A DNA stretch of 61,167 nucleotides from Holosporales bacterium (GTDB lineage Bacteria; Pseudomonadota; Alphaproteobacteria; BNTO01): the NCBI GenBank assembly GCA_031279185.1, contig JAITIY010000025.1, positions 1-61,167 on the forward strand, written 5' to 3'. Under the pieces are notes generated by a model. That model did not search any database and was not told the origin of the DNA. It saw nothing but the letters and a program-made list of their open reading frames with translations. Positions 50,125 to 59,072 of the stretch are shown here, piece by piece; the stretch's first letter is position 1; each line of letters starts with the position of its first letter. The position numbers and the translations under genes were made by a program.

Positions 50125-51210
50125 TCAATTGTTTGGTAGATTTTTGTTGTATACTAGCGCTGCCTCTAAGAATGTATCAATATTTCCATCTAAAACAGCT
50201 TGTGCATTTCCAACTTCAATTCCAGTTCGAGTATCTTTTACTAATTGGTAAGGTTGTAATACATAGGATCTGATTTGATTGCCCCACGCGATATCTTTTT
50301 TTTCTTGCATAGCTTCATCTAAACGTTCTTGTTTTTTACGCATTTCAACTTCATATAAGCGTGCTTTTAACATACTTAATGCAATCGCTCTGTTTCTGTG
50401 TTGCGAACGATCCACTTGGCACGAAACAACAATACCAGTTGGAATATGCGTTAACCGAATAGCACTGTCAGTTTTATTAACATGCTGTCCGCCTGCACCA
50501 GATGAACGATAAGTATCAACTTTTAAATCTTTCTCTTCGATAGTGATTTGTACGGTATCGTCCATTTCTGGATATGTATATACTGATGCGAAACTTGTAT
50601 GTCTGCGGGCATTTGCGTCAAATGGAGATATACGAACCAAACGATGAACGCCGTTCTCAGTTTTTAGCCAACCATACGATTGGTACCCAGAAATTTTCAG
50701 TGTAATAGATTTTGAACCAGCCTCTTCTCCAGGAGTTTCATCTATAACCGTAACTTCAAATCCATGTAAATCAGCCCATCTAGAATACATTCTAGCTAAC
50801 ATCGCGACCCAATCTTGTGCTTCCGTTCCTCCAGCTCCAGAATTTATCTCTAGAAAGCAATTGTTTTCATCTGCTTCTTCTGACAAGAAAGACGCAATTT
50901 TCGCTTTTTCAACATCAATGCTTAATTGTAATATTGTATTTGCACAATCATCATATAGATCTTGGTCTTTTTCTGTTTCTGCCAAGGATAACAGCTCTAA
51001 AACGTTTTCAAATTTTTTAATATATCCGCTAACCAAAGCGACAACATTTGCGATTGACGCTCTTTTTTTTAGCAAATCCTTGGCAAACGCAAGATCATCC
51101 CACAAATCAGAATTATTTGACTGCTTGTCTATCTCACTCAGTTCTAATACTTTTTTATCTAAAGCCACGGCGACTTTGAGTTTCGCTAGTGAATCTCTTA
51201 ACGCATCCAC
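50125..51210 (-). CDS. prfB: Peptide chain release factor 2. There is no canonical +1 frameshift, and the start is uncertain. GTG 51210 is the first usable start, and an in-frame ATG at 51249 is separated from it by a TGA at 51237-51235.
   Basis: SPF tripeptide context (..VRISPFDANARRHTSFASV), GGQ motif (RSSGAGGQHVNKTDSAIRLTHIPTGIVV.CQ..RSQH.N), and the RF2-type end ..VLDGNIDTFLEA. Confidence 0.93.
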   Translation of the reverse strand: MDALRDSLAKLKVAVALDKKVLELSEIDKQSNNSDLWDDLAFAKDLLKKRASIANVVALVSGYIKKFENVLELLSLAETEKDQDLYDDCANTILQLSIDVEKAKIASFLSEEADENNCFLEINSGAGGTEAQDWVAMLARMYSRWADLHGFEVTVIDETPGEEAGSKSITLKISGYQSYGWLKTENGVHRLVRISPFDANARRHTSFASVYTYPEMDDTVQITIEEKDLKVDTYRSSGAGGQHVNKTDSAIRLTHIPTGIVVSCQVDRSQHRNRAIALSMLKARLYEVEMRKKQERLDEAMQEKKDIAWGNQIRSYVLQPYQLVKDTRTGIEVGNAQAVLDGNIDTFLEAALVYNKNLPNN

Positions 51211-51408
51211 TCTGGTGCGAATCTCTGGATTTAGTCAAAACTGGTTCATTTCAACACATCATGAAAATACATTTACATTAATAGTGACATATCGATTCTT
51301 TTGACGCTATATATTTGCTGTACTGTCTTCGGAACTTTTTCAGCATCAGTTTTTAGTACGTCGAGCTTGTGTTCGAATGTCTGCTGTCTATAAACTTACA
51401 ACGTTATT

Positions 51409-52497
51409 TCATCTAAACTTTAGCGTTGACAGGCCAATTATCGCTAAAACTACTGATAAAATCCAAAACCGTATTGTTATTGTTGACTCGGGCCATCCTT
51501 TTTTTTCAAAATGATGATGAATCGGTGCCATTAAAAATACACGTCTACCATTTCCTACTTTAAATACTAAAACTTGTATAATCACAGATATAGCCTCAAC
51601 AACAAATAGCCCCCCAACTATACATAATACCAATTCGTGGTGTGTAATCATCGCTGTGCTACCAAGTACCGCGCCAATAGCTAATGATCCAGTATCTCCC
51701 ATAAAAATTTTCGCAGGTGGAGCGTTAAACCACAAGAAGCCCAGACTTCCACCAACAAGAGCCGCTAGCAACACTGTTAATTCTCCAGCCTTAGGAATGT
51801 AGTGAATATACAAATAATTCGAAAATTGTGTGTGTCCAACCAAATAGCTAATAAAGGCAAAACTACCAGCAACATAAATTGCAGGCATAATCGCTAATCC
51901 GTCTAATCCATCCGTTAAATTTACAGCATTAGATGATCCTGTTATCACAAGAATGCTCCAAACAAAATATAAAAAACCTAAGTAAATTACAAAATTTTTG
52001 AAAAATGGAATTGTAATACTTAAATAAAGTTCAGATGGTGTTAGTTTTGACACTATAAAGCCAACAATAAGTGACAAAATAACTTGCATAGCAAATTTTA
52101 ATCTAGACTTTAATCCATTTGGACATCCTGTTGATATTTTTATCCAATCATCGTAAGCACCAATCGCACCAAATGAAATCAAGACAAAAATTGACAGAAG
52201 TACAAATGCATTTGCTAAATCACACCATAAAATTACGCTGATGATTGTAGATAGTAAGATCAGTAGCCCTCCCATCGTTGGTGTACCTGTCTTGGATAGA
52301 TGACTTTCTGTGACATATAAACGAATTGGTTGACCATTTTGTTGTTTATGTTTTAAAAAGCTAATAAATTTATCTCCGATAAACAGCCCAATACATAACG
52401 CTGTAAGAAGTGCACCGATACTTCTGACGCTTAAGTATTTAAAAACATTAAAGTACGAATAGTAAGCACTTAACGGATACAAGAAAGTGTAAAACAT
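51409..52497 (-). CDS. mraY: Phospho-N-acetylmuramoyl-pentapeptide transferase MraY (ATG 52497 preferred, giving 362 aa; the track ORF extends to 52578)
   Basis: ..FNVFKYLSVRSIGALLTAL.I.L..G.....L......GQPIR......H..K.GTPTMGG; NAVNLTDGLDGLA; ..MGDTGSLA.G. Parallels E. coli MraY from its first residues. Confidence 0.95.
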   Translation of the reverse strand: MFYTFLYPLSAYYSYFNVFKYLSVRSIGALLTALCIGLFIGDKFISFLKHKQQNGQPIRLYVTESHLSKTGTPTMGGLLILLSTIISVILWCDLANAFVLLSIFVLISFGAIGAYDDWIKISTGCPNGLKSRLKFAMQVILSLIVGFIVSKLTPSELYLSITIPFFKNFVIYLGFLYFVWSILVITGSSNAVNLTDGLDGLAIMPAIYVAGSFAFISYLVGHTQFSNYLYIHYIPKAGELTVLLAALVGGSLGFLWFNAPPAKIFMGDTGSLAIGAVLGSTAMITHHELVLCIVGGLFVVEAISVIIQVLVFKVGNGRRVFLMAPIHHHFEKKGWPESTITIRFWILSVVLAIIGLSTLKFR

Positions 52498-52548
52498 AGA
52501 AAGATTATAATTATTTTGAGTTACATACATATTGTCATCTTTAAAAAG

Positions 52549-54879
52549 ATGCGCAATCATTTTCTGGGGGAAGGACACAACGTTATTAATTTGAGCAATC
52601 GTAATTACTCACCAAAAGAAACAATCAAACTAAGGAAAATACGTGTATTTATTCTTCTTCCCCTCTTTATTATACACTATCTGATGTTGTTTGCTGACGC
52701 AGGAAATGCTAAAAAATTGCATAAAAAAAAATTATTTTCAGCTAATGAACAACTAGAAATTCAAGTCAAGAAAGAACGAAAAGATAAAAAAACATCAACA
52801 AAAATTGTTGTAAATAACGCTAACGTTAGTTTATTCGGTACACAAGAAGTTACAGAAATAACACTTCATCCAGTGAAAATACAAAAACCAACTTCTAAAG
52901 CAACGGTTGTACAACGAAATATTTCAGCGAATTCTACAACATTGAAACAACAAATCACCTCAAAGACTAGAGATAGTAAGCCTAAGATAATGCATAAGCT
53001 AATACCATTATGGGAACAAGAGAATGATAAAAATGTAACAACTCAACAAATCAATGATTCAAGGAATCAAAACCATGATGATAAACGCACTGATCCTGAT
53101 AACAAATCTTTATCACAAAATCAAAAAACCTCAGGCACTGAAGTAACAAACGATATAAATAAATTAAAATTACAATCCAATATTTTGAACAAAGTTTTAC
53201 AAGAACAAGAAATAACGAATTCAACTGAGTTTATTGTTCCAACTGGGTCCGCGTTGTTTGGATTAAGAGATATTCCACGTGTTGAAAATGACACAATCGA
53301 AAATGCTGATCTTGAAGAAAATGAAGATATTTTAGATTTTCGCCTTATGCAAAAACTCAGGAAGAAAAAGAAAAAACAAAACAAGGAACAACGAAACGAA
53401 GGAAGTACACAGCCAATAGTTACTGTAGTGCGACATGTAAGCAAGCAACAGCAATCATCTACAACACAACCAATAGACGACTGTCTGAATAAATTTATAC
53501 ACATTGAAGCTCAAAATGAACCTTCTAAAAAAGAAGACAATAACGCAAAGTTAGAGCAACAGGTTGAATTAGAACAGCAACAGTATAAGGTTATAGAATG
53601 TGAAGTAAATTCACTCGAACAAAATCGTATGCTTGATGATAAAGCAATGAAATTTTATGAAAGCAATGAATACAAATACATGCCAATGCCTGAAATTAAA
53701 ACTGAAGAGTCTCCGCAACTTAAGTTTTCTGGTGATATTTGTTTTCACGCTGGCACAGTTGTTCAAGAAGATGCCAGAGATAACAAAGACGGAGATCTGC
53801 ACGTTAGTTTTGGATGGACTAATTTAGGTCTTGAAGTAGCTGGAATAATTGATGATTTTAAATATAAATATTTTACAAATTTGCAGGCGATTCCGTCAGA
53901 CATAAACATTATTAATAATTATGCGGAACTTTCTTGTTCATATGGAACGTTACAGTTTGGCAACCTTAAAGGGCCAGAAGGCACAATGATAGACGACGCT
54001 ACAGGGCTTCTTGGCGGCGCTTGTGGCGTAGATGGATCAATGTGGGGGTTATATAGCGTTATTAGCGGTCTCCCGCATACGCACCATCTTAATGGATATA
54101 CGAAACGCTCAACAAAAATTGTATATTACTCTCCACTTTTTGCTGGTTTTCAATTAGGTGTTGGTTTTTGTCCAAATCCACATCACGTTGGCTGGAGCGA
54201 TCTTGGTGCACATGATTACAGTAACAGTAACGATGATAACGTTTTACCTACTTCTAACATGAAAAAACGCAACAATACAGCAATAGGACTTAGTTATAAA
54301 CAAGATATAAATGATTTATCAATAAAAGCATCGGTAGTCGCAGTAAATGAAAAGGCGTCACTTTTAGTTGACATACAAGACACTGTTGCTCCTGAGGGAG
54401 ATGACGTTTCACTTACATATGATTTAAAACGAGAAATACCTTTGAAAAAAGATATATCGTGTCAAGCATCATGTTCATTGCAATATAAAAATTTTAAAAT
54501 TGCTGCTGGTTTTACTAATAACGGAGAACAAAATTTACCAACAACCAAAATTAGCGCGGATAAATTAGCAAGAAATGGAATACATCTAGGAGACGCTGGA
54601 ACAGTTTGGAATATTGGTGGTAAATACACTATTGGTCGTGTAGATATTGGTTTTGCACGTCATAATTTGGGACGCAGAGTCACTAATTATGACTACGCTA
54701 TTGGTACTGTTGATTCGTTTACAGTGGATTGCACGATTAGTCATGGAGTGCAAGTATTTGGAGAAATTGACCATGTCAGGGCACATACGGAGAAAAGTGT
54801 AGCTGCTCTCGACGATAACAATAAGCCAGTAAAAAACAATGGAACAGTTGTTTTAATTGGATCAAAAGTAAATTTCTAA
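52549..54879 (+). CDS. Porin-like outer-membrane protein with a ~380-aa K/Q/N/E-rich low-complexity N-terminal extension
   Basis: Hydrophobic signal-like segment (IRVFILLPLFIIHYLMLFADA). The C-terminal ~390 aa has an amphipathic beta-strand pattern, the motif KIVYYSPLFAGFQLGVGFCPN typical of proteobacterial general porins, and a terminal ..LIGSKVNF. Confidence 0.65.
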   Translation: MRNHFLGEGHNVINLSNRNYSPKETIKLRKIRVFILLPLFIIHYLMLFADAGNAKKLHKKKLFSANEQLEIQVKKERKDKKTSTKIVVNNANVSLFGTQEVTEITLHPVKIQKPTSKATVVQRNISANSTTLKQQITSKTRDSKPKIMHKLIPLWEQENDKNVTTQQINDSRNQNHDDKRTDPDNKSLSQNQKTSGTEVTNDINKLKLQSNILNKVLQEQEITNSTEFIVPTGSALFGLRDIPRVENDTIENADLEENEDILDFRLMQKLRKKKKKQNKEQRNEGSTQPIVTVVRHVSKQQQSSTTQPIDDCLNKFIHIEAQNEPSKKEDNNAKLEQQVELEQQQYKVIECEVNSLEQNRMLDDKAMKFYESNEYKYMPMPEIKTEESPQLKFSGDICFHAGTVVQEDARDNKDGDLHVSFGWTNLGLEVAGIIDDFKYKYFTNLQAIPSDINIINNYAELSCSYGTLQFGNLKGPEGTMIDDATGLLGGACGVDGSMWGLYSVISGLPHTHHLNGYTKRSTKIVYYSPLFAGFQLGVGFCPNPHHVGWSDLGAHDYSNSNDDNVLPTSNMKKRNNTAIGLSYKQDINDLSIKASVVAVNEKASLLVDIQDTVAPEGDDVSLTYDLKREIPLKKDISCQASCSLQYKNFKIAAGFTNNGEQNLPTTKISADKLARNGIHLGDAGTVWNIGGKYTIGRVDIGFARHNLGRRVTNYDYAIGTVDSFTVDCTISHGVQVFGEIDHVRAHTEKSVAALDDNNKPVKNNGTVVLIGSKVNF

Positions 54880-54945
54880 TCATAGTTTTACTTTATTTTG
54901 GTATGCTAAACATATAGTGTTTAGTATCGCTGTATAGTGTTTTAC

Positions 54946-55527
54946 ATGGATATTCCACAAAATATTAGTACAATAGGGCATTCTGGTATGGTTGCAAAAG
55001 CAGCGTACGACATTGTGAAACTCGTGCTGGCAAATAATCCTGCACATACAGTACGATCTGACATGCCGACACCGGATGTCGCATTTAGATATGGTTTGTT
55101 TCACGATATTGGAAAACTGTATTTAACTAGCGAAACAAAATATAAACATCCGCTTTTGGGATACAAAATAATGATTGAAGCTAAACAAAATGATATAGCA
55201 AATGTTTGTATTGCTCATCCGTTTCCAGTCTTTGATTCTGACGAATATATTATGTTCTACTGCCACGACGATGCAGCAGAAGCAGATAATATTTCACAAA
55301 TATTACGCTATATCAACTTGAATTTTTCAATAAAGCTGATCCAGTTTTGTGATAAAATTTCTAATGATTGTTGTTACTTATCGTTAGAGCAGAAATTCGA
55401 TTGGTATAGTCGTGCGTATGGTGCAACGCGAAGTTTTATCTACAAGAATTTTGAGATTTTACATAACATAAAAAAAGAGATCGATTTGTTGATAGGTGAT
55501 GATGTTTACAAAGTTTTACATGTGTAA
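54946..55527 (+). CDS. HD-domain protein (metal-dependent phosphohydrolase superfamily)
   Basis: ..GHSGMVA....(H) ... YGLFHDIGK (HD) ... KHPLLG. About 190 aa. The specific function is not inferable. Confidence 0.65.
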   Translation: MDIPQNISTIGHSGMVAKAAYDIVKLVLANNPAHTVRSDMPTPDVAFRYGLFHDIGKLYLTSETKYKHPLLGYKIMIEAKQNDIANVCIAHPFPVFDSDEYIMFYCHDDAAEADNISQILRYINLNFSIKLIQFCDKISNDCCYLSLEQKFDWYSRAYGATRSFIYKNFEILHNIKKEIDLLIGDDVYKVLHV

Positions 55528-55567
55528 TCTACATTTTGTTTTTATGTCATTTTAGTGAGGACGCTAC

Positions 55568-56134
55568 ATGGTTAATGATAATGATGAGTCTATCGACGAA
55601 ATTTTAAGATCTATAAAAAAATTTGTAGCAGTAGATGAAAAACAAAACACTGAAGAATCTGGTAATACGGATGATTATGTTTTTTCTCGTGATGGTATTA
55701 TTAAGTTGCCACAAACGCCAAGTAATGATGCTGGTAATTCTGATAAAGATTCGCTAGACATGCCGGACTTTATAAAAAAAGCAAATCAGCAGTACCAATT
55801 GCGGCAATTATCTCCACGTGGTAAAACAAACCAAACAGAGATTCAAAAACCTGAGAACAAGCAAGAAACTCAAAAATCTGAGAACAAGCAGGAGACTCAG
55901 ACGATACTAAAAAATTTTGCAGACGTTGTAAAAGAGTGTTCTAAAAATAAGGAAATATTTAATAAAAATGGAAGCTTAGACCAATTAGTTCTTGAAACAA
56001 TCAAGACTACTGTCTCTTCCTGGATAGAATCAAATATTAAACAAATAGTTGAGAATTTGGTAAAAGAAGAAATAAAAAATATTACAAACGCTATATTGAG
56101 TCCTAGTGCTGCTTCACTTGATCAAACTGATTAG
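55568..56134 (+). CDS. popZ: PopZ-like pole-organizing protein (DUF2497 family)
   Basis: N-terminal ESIDEILRSIKKFVAVDE parallels Caulobacter PopZ PTMEEILASIRRIISEDD. C-terminal SLDQLVLETIKTTVSSWIESNIKQIVENLVKEEIKNI parallels TLEDVVRELLRPLLKEWLDQNLPRIVETKVEEEVQRI (as I recall it). Acidic, low-complexity middle. Confidence 0.7.
   Translation: MVNDNDESIDEILRSIKKFVAVDEKQNTEESGNTDDYVFSRDGIIKLPQTPSNDAGNSDKDSLDMPDFIKKANQQYQLRQLSPRGKTNQTEIQKPENKQETQKSENKQETQTILKNFADVVKECSKNKEIFNKNGSLDQLVLETIKTTVSSWIESNIKQIVENLVKEEIKNITNAILSPSAASLDQTD
55844..55897 (+). repeat. Two tandem 27-nt units (24/27 identical) encoding QKPENKQET/QKSENKQET inside the PopZ-like linker
   Basis: CAAAAACCTGAGAACAAGCAAGAAACT followed directly by CAAAAATCTGAGAACAAGCAGGAGACT. 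Confidence 0.9.
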
Positions 56135-56357
56135 ACTGTTTGCAAAGTCATAAACCATAAATTGGTAGTGTTCCATAGAACGCGCTATATGGTTGTTCGC
56201 TGTTGATGCTGAAGGTTTTAAAAGATGCTTAATAACACACAAAAAAGTGGCTGTCGCAGTAGTTATTGTAAAGTAGTTGCTAAAATTTTTAATGATTTAT
56301 TCGCTTTTTTATGATTAATATCTTAGTAGTGAGTGTAAAATTGTTGTGAGTATAAGT

Positions 56358-56825
56358 ATGAAAAGAGTAAGTAATTTATTTACATTGGCTTTGATAGGAC
56401 TAATTTCCGTGTCTTGTACACAGAAAAAGAACGATGTTGAAGAAGTAACATCGTCCATTATTCCTGGTTCAGTAGAGGATTTTAACCAAAACGTATCGAA
56501 TACTGTGTATTTTGGGTTTGATCGTTATAATTTAATCACGGAGGCTGAAGATGTATTGCGACAAGTCGCGGCGTGGTTAAACATGTATAAATTTACAAGT
56601 GTCACTGTCCAAGGACACACCGATAAGCGTGGTACCAAAGAGTACAATATTGGATTAGGTGGGAGACGCGCTGAATCTGTTAAGAAGTTTTTGGTCGCCA
56701 ATGGTGTGGATGATGGTCGTATCTCAACAATTTCATATGGGAAAGAAATGCTAATTGCTGACGGAGATAGCGAACAAGATCACGCTTTGAATCGTAGAGC
56801 TCATGTCGTCGTTGTTGGTAAGTAA
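56358..56825 (+). CDS. pal: Peptidoglycan-associated lipoprotein Pal (OmpA-family C-terminal domain)
   Basis: Lipobox LISVSC. ..VYFGFDRYNL......L...A.WL.......V.V.GHTDKRGT.EYN.GLG.RRA.SVK.FLV..GV...RI...SYGKE. Confidence 0.93.
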   Translation: MKRVSNLFTLALIGLISVSCTQKKNDVEEVTSSIIPGSVEDFNQNVSNTVYFGFDRYNLITEAEDVLRQVAAWLNMYKFTSVTVQGHTDKRGTKEYNIGLGGRRAESVKKFLVANGVDDGRISTISYGKEMLIADGDSEQDHALNRRAHVVVVGK

Positions 56826-56884
56826 TATTTTGTTTCAATGAGAGGGGCTTTTGATGGCCCTTCCTTGTGCGCCGTTTCTTTTAA

Positions 56885-57352
56885 ATGGCGTTTTTAATAC
56901 TTGGTAGAATGGAATTTAGCACCGCGGACGTATTAGAGGTTTTGCCTCATAGGTATCCTTTTCTTCTCATAGATAAGGTTATAAATGTTGACGCTGATAG
57001 TGCAACGGGAATAAAAAACGTAACGTTTAATGAGCATGTTTTTCAGGGGCATTTCCCTGGAGATCCGATTTTCCCTGGCGTTCTTATTATAGAAGCGCTC
57101 GCGCAAACAGCGGCAGTGTTAGCAATATCCTCTCGCAAAAAACAGGCGGATGGTGGGCCGTTTTTCGTATATTTTATGACGATTGATTCTGCGAAATTTA
57201 GATATCCTGTTAGACCAGGGGATACGTTGCAACTAGTAGTAAAAACGGATCAAACGCATGGTAATGTTTGGCGTTTCGTCGGGAATGCATTCGTAGGAGA
57301 TGTTTTGATCGCAGAAGCAAAGTTCATGGCAATGTTGAAAAAACGTGAATAG
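56885..57352 (+). CDS. fabZ: 3-hydroxyacyl-ACP dehydratase FabZ (alternative start ATG 56909)
   Basis: LPHRYPFLLIDKV; NE.VFQGHFPGDPIFPGVLIIEALAQ. Confidence 0.96.
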   Translation: MAFLILGRMEFSTADVLEVLPHRYPFLLIDKVINVDADSATGIKNVTFNEHVFQGHFPGDPIFPGVLIIEALAQTAAVLAISSRKKQADGGPFFVYFMTIDSAKFRYPVRPGDTLQLVVKTDQTHGNVWRFVGNAFVGDVLIAEAKFMAMLKKRE

Positions 57353-57433
57353 GTTAAGTTTTTCCTTAACGTTAAGATTAAATTTGGACGCAACAAATAC
57401 GATCGATCCATTCTTGAGTGCCACAACAAAAGT

Positions 57434-58801
57434 TTATTTTTTCAAACATTTCTTTCTTACCCATTCAAGATTGTGTATTTGCTTAGATCTGCTAAGCGCC
57501 AAAGTTTCATCAGGTACATCCATAGTTATCGTACTTCCTGCACCTACGAAAGCATTTGAACCAATATCTAGCGGGGCCACTAAAGAAGAGTTTGCACCTA
57601 TGCTAGCATTATCCCGTATAATTGTTTGGTGTTTTCTAAATCCATCATAATTACACACCACCGTTCCGGCGCCAATGTTTACTTTTTTACCTAATGCTGC
57701 ATCTCCGAGGTAAGACAGATGTTTAGCTTTTGTCTGTTCTCCAATAGTTGATTTTTTTACTTCGACAAAATTTCCAATCATTGCATTCGAACATATAACA
57801 CTTTCTTTATGAATGTGAGCAAATGGGCCAATTTCACTCCAGTCAGAAATAGTGCAATCACTCAAAACACAAAATGCATGAACAACTACGTTAGCCCCTA
57901 TATTTACATTTGGTCCAAATACGTTAAATGCACTAATTGTTGATCCAGACTCTATTTGTGTATCGATTGAAAAAACAATCGACGATGGATCTTGCATAAT
58001 TACTCCATTTGTAGTCATTTTCTCTTTTAAGATTCGTTGTACTGGTGCATTTATAAGATCATCTTGCGTATTTATGCCAAAAGCTTCATCTTGAGAAATT
58101 TTTATATGAGATATTGAAAATCCACGACTATAAGCAATATTCACGATATCTGTAAAATAAAATTCTTTTGCTGTGTTGTCGTTTTGTATATCAAATAAAC
58201 ATGCTTTTAAACACTTGCGTGAAATTGAATATATTGCTGCATTAACAATATCAACTCCTTTTTGTTTTTCAGTTAACTCTTTAGCTTCTCTTATAGCAAG
58301 TGGAATACCATCATCGTCCAGGATTACTCTACCATATGAAGATGACGAAGGATTAATAATTTGTGTTGACGCAAGTGTTAAATCGCATTTACTTATGGAC
58401 AATTCGCGCAATGTTCGTGTTTGAATTAATGGAACATCTGCATGTAAAATAATGACTTGATTAACTTCCTGCTGTATTACTGCAAACGCCGCCTGCACAG
58501 CATGTGCTGTTCCAAGAGGATCAGATTGCAATACTTCTGTGATAGGAGTTTTCGTAACAACGTTGATGCTATCATCATTAGTTTTAGCATAATAGCGATT
58601 TCGTATATTAATCCACTCATTGTTTGTAAATAAACACTCTGAGCCAACAACAATCACCTGCTTAGGCATAATCGACTGTGCTGCTTTTATTACACTTTCT
58701 ATCAGCGTTTGACCGGTTAATTTGTGTAAAACTTTCGGCACTGAAGATTTCATACGAGTGCCACGACCTCCAGCTAGAATTATTACTGCAATCATTAACA
58801 A
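57434..58801 (-). CDS. glmU: Bifunctional UDP-GlcNAc diphosphorylase / GlcN-1-P N-acetyltransferase GlmU
   Basis: ILAGGRGTRMKS..PKVLH.L.G; 455 aa. C-terminal left-handed beta-helix hexapeptide repeats (..IG.N..VG.G..T.NYDG..KH.T.I.DN..IG.N..LVAP). Confidence 0.95.
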   Translation of the reverse strand: MLMIAVIILAGGRGTRMKSSVPKVLHKLTGQTLIESVIKAAQSIMPKQVIVVGSECLFTNNEWINIRNRYYAKTNDDSINVVTKTPITEVLQSDPLGTAHAVQAAFAVIQQEVNQVIILHADVPLIQTRTLRELSISKCDLTLASTQIINPSSSSYGRVILDDDGIPLAIREAKELTEKQKGVDIVNAAIYSISRKCLKACLFDIQNDNTAKEFYFTDIVNIAYSRGFSISHIKISQDEAFGINTQDDLINAPVQRILKEKMTTNGVIMQDPSSIVFSIDTQIESGSTISAFNVFGPNVNIGANVVVHAFCVLSDCTISDWSEIGPFAHIHKESVICSNAMIGNFVEVKKSTIGEQTKAKHLSYLGDAALGKKVNIGAGTVVCNYDGFRKHQTIIRDNASIGANSSLVAPLDIGSNAFVGAGSTITMDVPDETLALSRSKQIHNLEWVRKKCLKK

Positions 58802-59072
58802 TGTGTGACCATAGTGGAACTTGTTGAATGCTAGCTATTAGTTTCGAATGTTTCAAGCCTTAGTTTCGTTTGTTTTAGTCATTGAATTGCAGATATGTAT
58901 CTTTTACCATGTTACGGTTGCTAGATTTTTCTCATGTTTATTCTCAACACTCACAATGTTAATGTGGCAAGCTGTAACATTACGAAGACACAATCTACAC
59001 ATTGACATTTTATTGTTTCAACAATATTAATCTGTAATACTTTCTGTTGTGGCGTAACGTACTGAATGAATT

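Noticed and set aside
51208-51249. A canonical +1 programmed frameshift in prfB, or UGA reassigned to Trp (genetic code 4)
   Set aside because: A +1 slip at TTT TGA C gives GAC TAA, an immediate stop. The usual shift position further downstream is in-frame. Code 4 is unlikely because tlc, rpsL, rplD and secY all terminate with TGA at the expected C-termini, and RF2 itself is intact.
56842-56863. Hairpin GAGGGGC-N8-GCCCTTC after pal as a terminator
   Set aside because: Only 7 bp including a G.U pair, with no clean T-tract. Too weak to list as a feature.
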